32,008 nt of DNA, taken from contig NC_069001.1 of the NCBI RefSeq assembly GCF_001194135.2, forward strand, positions 16,087,866 through 16,119,873, in the 5' to 3' direction. Positions 23,001 through 32,008 of this stretch are shown here, piece after piece. The notes under the pieces are model-generated. The model did not search any database. It had not been told where the DNA came from and saw only the letters and a program-made list of their open reading frames with translations. This DNA comes from Octopus bimaculoides (taxonomy: Eukaryota). Position 1 is the first letter of the stretch. Each line of letters starts with the position of its first letter. The position numbers and the translations under genes were made by a program.

Positions 23001-23120
23001 ATTAAGAACTCCTCCACATGAACATACAGACAAACAACCAATAAGAAAGCCTTTCAGTGGTTGCTAAAACTGTAAAAACAATACACAAATCTCTCTCAAC
23101 TCATATCTTACCAGCTTATG

Positions 23121-23174
<54 letters not shown>

Positions 23175-23852
23175 AACAAGAGTATATGTTTCCTACTAGA
23201 AATAGCAGTTAAGTTTCCTTCAAATCTTACCCTAGTATATGAAAATAGGGAAAACATATTGGATTATACTAACCGATGTTATCTTTATTTTGTTTTGAAA
23301 AAGGCGTTATACAGTCTGTGGGTTATAAAGTTTTATTACTTTAATCATGTAGGATATTTTCCCTATGGTGATTTTTTGCTTTATGTTCAGCTGTAATGTT
23401 AACTTACATTTTATAGAGAATAATGTTTTCTGCTTTAGCTAAAGTACTTTGGGAATGTTTTGTAATATGCTGCTAAATCAATTTAAACGTTGCATGCTTT
23501 AGTGCACTAAACATTTTTTTCCTGAAATATGCACTGCTGAAATTAGGGTGTGTCTAATTTACCCATGTATTTTATATGTCATCAAATATGGTGGTTTATT
23601 AACCATTCCAAGCGAAGAGGATTTACTGGCAGAATTGATACACTCCATTCCTTTAACATCTGTTTTTCCATGTTTGCATGTGTTAGATGAGGATGATTTT
23701 ACCTTCCATACTTCTGGGAATCGATAAAATAAATACCAGTAATATACTGAGATTAGGAGTTAATCTATCTGCTTATTTCAAACCCCCAGAATGTTGTCTT
23801 GAGCATTAGTTGGAAATCTTATCAGACATCAACAAAGAGTTGGAATATTATT

Positions 23853-24070
23853 GTTTAACCATGGGTCAGGCCTGACTGAAGAGATTTTGAATCAAAAATC
23901 TTTTAACCATGGCCATCATGTTATTTCAAAGAGCTACTTTTTAAAGAACTTTGTTATCCAAGTGTCTTTTTGTAAACAGGATTTGATTGACGGATGATTT
24001 TTGGCTGCTATTTCAAGCAGGTTTAGCAACTACAAAGAGGTTATGACATTGGCTCATGTATATGACCACA
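23853..24070 (+). repeat. Interspersed repeat family D
   Basis: Both family D motifs are present in order. Confidence 0.5.
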
Positions 24071-24649
24071 TAAAGGCTCTCCACTGCACAGTTTTTCAAG
24101 TTTTTAGCAGATTCTATAGAAAGTATAAGTTATATATGAGTGTAGTTATAATTGAGAAGGTTGTTACATAATCAAGAGAGTTGATAAGAAAATTATTCTT
24201 ATGGAATGGACTTAAAGATCATGATATCAACACACACATACACACACAAGGATAATGTAATCTCAGGTACACTAGGCCTGAAAAAAAGGAAAACCAGAAA
24301 TGAAACAGCCGTAGCTGGAAATGCTTTTGATCTTGGGTTAGCTTGATTAAAGATGACAACAACATTGATTAATCAATGTGATGGCCACCAAGGAAAACTG
24401 AATCAGAAACCAAAGATAAGAAACTGGTCAAAAGACAGAGTGGAACCAGTTCTTTATAGAGCTCAATGGTTTTAGAAATCAGTCAACTAATATCACAAAA
24501 TTCTATAAGAAAATATAAAAGACATGTTAAAACATTCAACCTCAATCAGAAAATATTAAAATATTTTTAGGGTCTTAATCCAAGGAGATTGTTTATCTCT
24601 TCAGAAAATATTTGGTCAATATAGATAAAATGATGATGATGATGATAAT

Positions 24650-24980
24650 GATCCTTTCTACTAGAGGCACGCCTGACCTTTTGGGGAAAGGGGACTAGTT
24701 GATTATATCAACTCCAGTGTTGAACTAGTACTTATTTTATTAACCCTGAAAGGTTGAAAAAGTGAAGTTGGCCTCTGCAGAATTTGAACTTAGAATGTAA
24801 GGAGCCAGAAGGAGCACAATAATAACAATAATAATAATTTCTAAATAAGCACAAGGCTTGAAATTTGACAAGGAGGGGTTAGTCAATAACACTGAGCACA
24901 GCACTGGCACTTTATTTTATTGACCTGGGACAGGTAGAAGGTAAAGTTGATCTTGGTAGGATTTGAAACCAGAATATAAT
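24650..24980 (-). mobile_element. Two tandem 5'-truncated family A SINEs
   Basis: Both 24650-24812 and 24836-24980 carry the reverse-complement core (tacttattttattaaccctgaaagg; ttattttattgacctggg) and B-box. Confidence 0.7.
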
Positions 24981-25071
24981 GGTTTCTAATTTAGGTACAA
25001 AGCAAGGCCAGCAATTTAGACATCTATTAGACCCAAAAGCCTTTAATCTAGACATTCATTAGAAACAAAAG

Positions 25072-25511
25072 CCTTTTAATGTCATATTTTGGTTGAAATA
25101 CTTTGTCTTTGTTTCAATTAATTTGAAAGTAATGAAGAATTTAGTAAAATAATCATTATCAATTTGGTATTTGGAATATATATTGGTTTCAAATTTTGAT
25201 ACAAGGCCAGTAATTTTGGAGGGAGGGGATAAGTCTATTACATCAACCTCAGTGTTCAACTGGTACTAATATTATCACAATCGCAAGGATGGAAGGCAAA
25301 GTAAACTCAGTGGAATTTTAACACAGAACATAGATGAAAGAAGTGATGCAAAGTATTTTGCCCAGCAGACTAACAATTCTGCCAGCATGCTGCTTTATTC
25401 AGAACATATATTAACAGATTTTCATGGAAGGTTTTAATTAAGACCATTTTAAAACAGGGAATTTGCATCATAGAACCATGGGCATTCTAAGGCATGTTGG
25501 TATCAAAAAGG
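25072..25511 (-). mobile_element. Family F MITE split by a family A SINE
   Basis: 25072-25178 and 25397-25511 are collinear with 1999-2214; ends ggtatcaaaaagg|TTAA. Confidence 0.7.
25179..25396 (-). mobile_element. Family A SINE inserted in a family F MITE
   Basis: Full reverse-complement head, core and tail; degenerate TSD tatttggaatata / tattcagaacata (10/13). Confidence 0.8.
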
Positions 25512-26079
25512 TTAAATAAGCCATTTGTAAGAAACAAAACTTTAAAAAAGATACTTGTTAGGAACAAAAAATCTTTAAATAATTCTTTTGTTTAGAACAA
25601 AAGCCTATAATTTCGAAACAAGAAAAGATTCTATCAACAAATTCCATAGTTGTTGCAGACAACAAGTCATGACTTCATTACCTAGCATCGTCTGAAATGG
25701 TAATATAGGAAATTATTTCCAGACACACCACACACCATGGTATGAAGATAACATAGGTAAGATATAAGATGGTAATAAACGCTCTTTGTATCTTAAATGA
25801 TCCGTGCCAATCTAGCCACCTACATCACTACCAGAATAACTACAACTCCATCTGTGATACTGGCTTCTCAAAGACAAACCTAGCCACCCACTTTTATATA
25901 AAAAGAAATGCTTTCTCTTTTAACTGAGTTATTTATTTTACTATCCACCCTGAGTTAGTATCATATTTATTTATTTTATATTGCAACTTTGAACAATAGA
26001 GTTATTAGTTACAGGCTTCCAACAGACATCACGTTGACAGAGCCAGAACACTGGCTTGTTGTGTTTGTTGTGACTTTCT

Positions 26080-26265
26080 TTATTCTGAGTTCAAATCCCA
26101 CTGAGGTCAACCTGGCTTTTCATCCGCCAGGGTTAACAAATAGTCTGAGGAACTGGGTCAGCAGAGATGAAGTGCCTTTTGGTGTTCTATTCTGATCTGG
26201 CCTTTTGTATTCTGAGTTCAAATCTCACTGAGATCAACCTTGCTTTTTATCCTCCAGGGACTGAT
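26080..26265 (+). mobile_element. Two family A SINE core fragments
   Basis: ttctgagttcaaatc(c/t)cactgag(g/a)tcaacc...tt(c/t)atcc occurs twice, about 125 bp apart. Confidence 0.6.
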
Positions 26266-27163
26266 TTGGTAGAAATGTTAAAGCCTCAGACAAGGTGCCT
26301 TGTGGTGTTCTGCTCTGGTTCCCAGAACTGAATCCCACCACTAACTATGTATTGTCTCCTACACACTGCTGGAGGCCATGACAAGCTAATGCTGTAAGAG
26401 CTTTCTCATTGTCCTCAATACAGTTGTGCGATAAATACAGGAAGGATTTGAAGGGAAAACACTACAGGGATTGAACTTGTAACTCTTTTTTCCACATTAA
26501 TCAAACTCCTTAGAGAATGGTTCCAGGGTTGCAGACCCCTTGGAAAAATCTTTGATAACAATGAAATACCAATGTTGATATGTTTCCAATAGGCCAATGA
26601 CCAACTTTTCAATTTCCCTTGGTTGTTTTGTAGGATACCCACAATAGAGTACCCTATCAAATAATGTAGTCTTAGAAACAACATATCTGAAGAAAAGATG
26701 GGATCATCTCAGCTTAAGCACCTTTGATCATAAGCTGACTTGAAGCTAAACAACAATTACAACTGCCAATAAAATTCTCAATCTCCTGACATGTAAATCA
26801 CTTTAGTTTATTTAACATTCCTGTAATTATATTATTTCTTCTTGTCTACCTTTATTAGTCACAGACTAATACAAACTACTGTAAGATAATTAAAATTACT
26901 AAAATCAATCAGTCAATCAATCAATGACATCAATTAACTAAGTTTAGACGTTGATTATATAATTTGGAAATATAACGGTAAAGATAGAAATATGTAAAGA
27001 GTTGGTGGGATTATTTGATGTGGGTTTAGTGAAGCAAGGAAAATGTATTCTAGCTCTGAAAATATATTATTAGGTGGTTGTGTATTAGACAGACATACAT
27101 ACACACAGGCATATGTATATCATATACACTCACGCACAGATGTACATGCGCATATGTACAAAG

Positions 27164-27267
27164 ACAGACAGAGTACATAGAGACATATACACATACAGAC
27201 AGATGTACATAGCGACATATACACATACAGACAGATGTACATAGAGACATATACACATACAGACAGA
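27164..27267. repeat. 32-bp minisatellite, about 3 copies
   Basis: tacatag(a/c)gacatatacacatacagacagatg starts at 27174, 27206 and 27238. Confidence 0.9.
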
Positions 27268-27582
27268 CTTACACACACAAATGTGAATATACACCCTCAC
27301 ATGGACAGACATAGATTATGTAAATTGCTAGCGACAGTGATATCAAACAATGCAAAAACAAATATATGAAAAAATAAAACAAGAAAAATAAATCAGCTTG
27401 ATAAAAAGAGAATTTATTAGTAGAAAAACCAAATATATAAATCGAAAACTGCATAAATGACTTTGTTACTAAATATAGAAATGATGAAGGACCAGATGGT
27501 TAAAATACATGGAGAGAATGAGAAACCAGCTAAAATAAGAACTGGGGGTCATTAATAATAAAACATAGAATATCAAAGTAAC

Positions 27583-27624
27583 ATAATAATAATAATAATA
27601 ATAATAATGATAATAATAATAATA
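27583..27624. repeat. (AAT)n microsatellite
   Basis: Read directly. Other ATT/AAT tracts lie at 4501-4538, 4739-4755, 5298-5325 and 7026-7050. Confidence 0.95.
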
Positions 27625-27819
27625 ATTTGTAGACTTTATTTCTAATATATGCTGGTAACTAGCAGGATAATCTAAAATTTAGGATTAACTCAGGTATTAA
27701 AATATGTTGGAAGATCTGATTGGAATATTGATTTGAAATTTTGGCACAGGACAATGACAAATTTCTGTAGTTGTTCATTAAAAAATGCTGAGTAAAAATG
27801 AACACTAACATTGACCTTT

Positions 27820-27950
27820 TAGAAATAGTAGCTGAATCTCCCTCAAATTACACCCTACCATATTAAATAAAGAAAACACATAAAATAATGTTGTACAACG
27901 TACCTTTAAAAACATGAGATTGTCATAACTGAAATGCCTGCTGTGTATGT
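27820..27950 (-). repeat. Interspersed repeat family D
   Basis: tagaaatagtagctgaatctccctcaaattacacc is the reverse complement of the family D motif. Confidence 0.5.
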
Positions 27951-28174
27951 TTCTATTTTTGATTTGTTTTCTATGACTGATGCCCTTTCTAACATCAACA
28001 ACTTTACAGAGTTCATTTTATTAAACTCATTGAGTTCATTGCACTACAAAGAATGTCTGGTCTTCAAATGGACAAGAAAGTTCCCCTTCATTCCGGACCT
28101 TATAATATCCAGGATGTATTAGACTTTGAAAATGCAAAGGGCAACCAACACTTCCTCATTGTCATATTAATATT

Positions 28175-28270
28175 TGATGTCGACTTAGCCTTTCATCCTT
28201 TTGGGATGGAATAGACTGGCCCTCCTCTCTTAAAATTGTTGGACTTGTGCCAAAATTTGACACCAATATT
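28175..28270 (+). mobile_element. Internally deleted family A SINE 3' fragment
   Basis: gtcgacttagcctttcatccttttggg joined to ttgtgccaaaatttgacaccaatatt. Confidence 0.65.
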
Positions 28271-29266
28271 ATTACAAGTAGCTAAAATGGTTACTGTTTT
28301 TTTATTATTATTATTTTGTCCCTAGTCAGCCCTTACTTAATGGATCCTATGATCAAGAACTTCCAAGCCATAAATGTCCTGTCCTATCTTTTTCTACTTG
28401 TTAATGTGTATCTTGGAGAACATTATTCAATGTCATTTTTCTTTTAAGATGGTAAGTGTAGTTGTGGCTGTCTGGTAAGAAGTTTATTTCTCAACCACAT
28501 GGTTACAGATTCCCTCTTAGGCACATTGTATTATAATTTTTTGAATCTCCAGATTTTTTCAATATGCTAGGCCACTGATTTATATTGATATTAATCTAAT
28601 TAATATCAATTTTTATCCTTATTATTTAAATTTAAATAACCAAGTTCTCTAACTAGTAGACTTTGATGCAGAAAATTATTTTCTGCAGAGTCATTTCTGG
28701 CTTCGGCATGCCAAAACGGCATTTGAAATATACCTCCAAATATAATTGATAGAACTGTATTCATGTTCTCTCTCTGAGGACATCTCGTGTATAGTTCTGC
28801 AAATTATACTTTCTATGATGGTCACACTGAGGGTTTGAAGACATTTACATAATGTAAATGGTAACAAGGAAACCATGGTATGTGCTAATAACTTTATTTT
28901 GTATCTTTTCATTTTGGAGCTTTGCCAAATTTTCTTTGAGAACAATTTTTCTTAGTGGTCAGACCATATTGGGTCTACATTTAGCATATAGGAATCCACC
29001 TAGTGGTCATTCCTCTTATATATATTTGTAATAAAATTTTCTGAATCTTCAAATTTGTGTATATATATATATACACATATATATATATTTGTGTGTATAT
29101 ACATATATACGTGTTTCTGTGCTGGTGGTTTGTTTTACCAGGCTATACCTAATACATAAATCCACCAGTGCGTCCTCAGGCTATTTTTCTTTTTATAATC
29201 ATTAACAGATCCAACTCAATCCTACAAATTCTAAGATATCTTCTTTTAAAAATAAGAATAAAAATA

Positions 29267-29407
29267 NNNNNNNNNNNNNNNNNNNNNNNNNNNNNNNNNN
29301 NNNNNNNNNNNNNNNNNNNNNNNNNNNNNNNNNNNNNNNNNNNNNNNNNNNNNNNNNNNNNNNNNNNNNNNNNNNNNNNNNNNNNNNNNNNNNNNNNNNN
29401 NNNNNNN
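29267..29407. other. Assembly gap (141 N)
   Basis: N run. Confidence 1.
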
Positions 29408-29965
29408 ACTGCGACCTGTTCACTGCAGATGCAGCACAGAATTTTGTCAGTGAACAGGTCACGGTCTCAAAGCGACGAAAATATTTTGACAAATTAAATT
29501 TAAATGTTGAAGTGAATCTAATGGATTTTGTGTGTTATTTTAAATGGCTTATAAACACCTTCCACGCTGCAATTATATATATATAGAAAGTGCTAAACAG
29601 AAAGAAACCCTCATCGACTATTTTATAAACACGTCAAATTAAACCGCCTATCTATATAAACTTTACGGGAATTAATAATTTATTGTGAAATTTACCCCAA
29701 TCAATATTAGTATATATTGGCATTATTACGTCAAACGTAAGTAAATAATATTTAAAAAGAAAAAACCTCTATATATAGTGTAGTATATTGCCACTTAAGT
29801 GTGGCTGAGCCCTAGGGGTGGATGTTACTGTTGCTTTTAGCCCCAGGAGGACATCTCCTCCAGCTGGCTTATCGACACACGACTGTGTCCTGTTTGCCAA
29901 GGGAGTTATCCCTCTCACCACGACCAGCAGCACGAACGTATCCGGATTTCAGGGTTATTTCCCTT

Positions 29966-30017
29966 CTTCGGCGTTCGACAGCTGATGACCTTGGTCATCA
30001 GCTGTCGAACGCCGAAG
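29966..30017. repeat. Perfect inverted repeat, 25-bp arms with a 2-nt (TT) loop
   Basis: cttcggcgttcgacagctgatgacc (29966-29990) TT ggtcatcagctgtcgaacgccgaag (29993-30017). Confidence 0.97.
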
Positions 30018-30142
30018 GGCATCCAGCTGTAGAAACTCTGCCAAATCAGATTGGAGCCTAGTGCAGCCATCTGGTTCGCCACTCCTCAGTCAAATCGTCC
30101 AACTCCTGCTAGCATGGAAAGCGGACGTTAAACGATGATGAT
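30013..30142 (+). mobile_element. Family C SINE 3' half
   Basis: gaagggcatccagctgtagaaactctgcc...gcggacgttaaacgatgatgat; the 5' end is replaced by a palindrome. Confidence 0.88.
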
Positions 30143-30154
30143 CATGTCAGAAAA

Positions 30155-30340
30155 GACTTGATACCCAGTGGCTACCATCTGTTCCCTGGAATGCACATCA
30201 GCAATGATGACGAGGTGAAAGATGAGGTTCAACACTTTCTCAACGACATGATGGTTAGGTGGTATGACATGGGCATACAAAATCTGCCCCAACGCCTACA
30301 AAAATGCATTGACCAAAATGGTGATTGTGTAGAAAAATAG
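30155..30340 (+). mobile_element. Mariner transposase C-terminal remnant
   Basis: DLIPSGYHLFPGM/HISNDDEVKDEVQHFLNDM..RWYDMGIQNLPQRLQKCIDQNGDCVEK* corresponds to mariner (YSP)DLAPSDYHLF...FYxxGIxxLxxRWxKCIxxNGDYVEK. There is a short internal deletion, and the 5' side is cut by a SINE. Confidence 0.88.
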
Positions 30341-30520
30341 ATAAATGTTCAAACTTTAAAATAATGTAAACATCATTGACAAGAAACGTTTCTGTGATTT
30401 CTAAATATTTTTGGAGACCTTACCCTCAAATATATATATTTGTATGTATGTGTATATATATTTGTATGTATATGTATATATACATATATATATTTGTATG
30501 TATGTGTATATGTATATATA

Positions 30521-30618
30521 AATCAGACTGGAGCCTGGTGTTGCCATCCGGTTTCACCAGTCCTCAGTCAAATCGTCCAACCCATGCTAGCATGGAAGGC
30601 GGACGTTAAACGATGATG

Positions 30619-30620
<2 letters not shown>
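30521..30620 (+). mobile_element. Family C SINE 3' fragment inside a TA/TG microsatellite
   Basis: aatcagactggagcctggtg...ggacgttaaacgatgatgat. Confidence 0.85.
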
Positions 30621-30650
<30 letters not shown>

Positions 30651-30700
30651 GTGTATATATATTTGTATGTATATGTATATATACATATATATATTTGTAT

Positions 30701-31151
30701 NNNNNNNNNNNNNNNNNNNNNNNNNNNNNNNNNNNNNNNNNNNNNNNNNNNNNNNNNNNNNNNNNNNNNNNNNNNNNNNNNNNNNNNNNNNNNNNNNNNN
30801 NNNNNNNNNNNNNNNNNNNNNNNNNNNNNNNNNNNNNNNNNNNNNNNNNNNNNNNNNNNNNNNNNNNNNNNNNNNNNNNNNNNNNNNNNNNNNNNNNNNN
30901 NNNNNNNNNNNNNNNNNNNNNNNNNNNNNNNNNNNNNNNNNNNNNNNNNNNNNNNNNNNNNNNNNNNNNNNNNNNNNNNNNNNNNNNNNNNNNNNNNNNN
31001 NNNNNNNNNNNNNNNNNNNNNNNNNNNNNNNNNNNNNNNNNNNNNNNNNNNNNNNNNNNNNNNNNNNNNNNNNNNNNNNNNNNNNNNNNNNNNNNNNNNN
31101 NNNNNNNNNNNNNNNNNNNNNNNNNNNNNNNNNNNNNNNNNNNNNNNNNNN
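30701..31151. other. Assembly gap (451 N)
   Basis: N run. Confidence 1.
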
Positions 31152-31184
<33 letters not shown>

Positions 31185-31189
31185 TTGTA

Positions 31190-31220
<31 letters not shown>

Positions 31221-31225
31221 TTGTA

Positions 31226-31257
<32 letters not shown>

Positions 31258-31271
31258 CATTTGTATGTATG

Positions 31272-31321
<50 letters not shown>

Positions 31322-31367
31322 TATATATTAGCTTGCGTATGTATATACATATATATATATTTATATA

Positions 31368-31468
31368 TGTGGACGTAATATAATTTGATTTTGCAAAAGC
31401 TTTTGATAAAGTGGATTATGGTATGATATGCCACAAACTGCATGATCTCAGAATAGCTGGAAAACTTG
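31368..31468 (+). repeat. Inverted duplicate (101 bp) of the first 101 bp of the RT fragment (31870-31970)
   Basis: Matches the reverse complement of 31870-31970 at 99/101 positions; translates [32 protein letters not shown]. Confidence 0.95.
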
Positions 31469-31966
31469 ATTTAGGCTCTGGGATTGTAATCCCCTGTGGA
31501 CCAGTGTACCCTGTAAGTTTTATATTTAGTTTTGGATGCTGGTAGCTCAGGGCTTCGAAGTTTTTAGCATTAAACTTCATACTGTTATCCTCAGTCCATC
31601 TGTAAATTCAGTCCAACTCATGCTGCAGGTGTGCAACATCGCTGGGGTTCTATATTTTCTATATTTTCGAGACTTTTGTATCGTCTGTGTAGTTAGCAAG
31701 GGTGGCTATCCAGGCAGTTGAGGGCACATCTGAGAGGGCCACTATGAAAAGCAGTGGTCCCAAGACAATGCCCTGTGGAACACCGCTCACTATTTGTGTT
31801 TTCATTGAGGTGGCTCCTTGGCCACTACTACCTGACTACTATCTTTCAGAAAGTCACATAACCACTCTGCAAGTTTTCCAGCTATTCTGAGATCATGCAG
31901 TTTGTGGCATATCATACCATAATCCACTTTACCAAAAGCTTTTGCAAAATCAAGTTATATTACGTC

Positions 31967-31970
<4 letters not shown>
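31469..31970 (-). mobile_element. Degenerate CR1/L2-type LINE reverse-transcriptase fragment
   Basis: Minus-strand translation, with one frameshift and several stops: [23 protein letters not shown]...LAEWLCDFL...SGVPQGIVLGPLLF (SGVPQG at 31787-31770)...YTDDTK (YTDD at 31691-31680)...LQHELD*IYRW..N.MKFN. These are typical non-LTR RT motifs. Confidence 0.92.

Positions 31971-32008
<38 letters not shown>

Larger units (their letters stand above)
30426..31367. repeat. Compound TA/TG low-complexity satellite, interrupted by a SINE fragment and a gap
   Basis: Repeating tatatatttgtatgtatatgtg units; this is the source of the YIYI-type spurious ORFs. Confidence 0.9.

Noticed and set aside
26497-26686. 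Minus-strand open frame after cttttcttcAG (YVVSKTTLFDRVLYCGYPTKQPREIEKLVIGLLETYQHW...)
   Set aside because: No LIM or PET features, no good donor, and I do not recognise the peptide; it would need RNA-seq support.
28053-28214. 53-aa frame MSGLQMDKKVPLHSGPYNIQDVLDFENAKG...
   Set aside because: It runs into a SINE core, has no donor site and no recognisable similarity.
30568-31443. Long ORFs of 226-291 aa on both strands
   Set aside because: They are translations of TA/TG microsatellite plus an N gap (YIYI/X runs), not genes.
1-32008. CRISPR arrays, rRNA or intact tRNA genes, prokaryotic operons
   Set aside because: No repeat-spacer arrays were found; the tRNA-like A/B boxes all belong to SINE heads; the DNA has eukaryotic intron character throughout.

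Overview
AT-rich, microsatellite-rich eukaryotic genomic DNA with three assembly gaps. The SINE and MITE content suggests a coleoid cephalopod, probably Octopus; this is inferred from recollection of repeat families, not from a database search. The only well-supported host gene feature is one 201-nt, phase 0-0 coding exon on the minus strand (17589-17789) of a Limpet/LIM-9/FHL-family LIM-domain gene. It encodes the last three-quarters of one LIM domain and the first knuckle of the next. The rest is intronic or intergenic and filled with at least four tRNA-headed or CORE/V-type SINE families, piggyBac-like and mariner-like MITEs (some nested), a mariner transposase remnant and a CR1-like reverse-transcriptase fragment. 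The most unusual features are a 603-bp fold-back unit built from LINE RT sequence with 101-bp inverted arms, a perfect 25-bp-arm hairpin at a chimeric SINE junction, a candidate G-quadruplex-marked alternative promoter and first exon that could yield an FHL-type (half-LIM start) isoform, a cluster of palindromes near 28.6-28.9 kb, and an (ATT)n-linked chain of retroposons. I found no rRNA, intact tRNA, CRISPR array or prokaryotic system. Most repeat boundaries are approximate.
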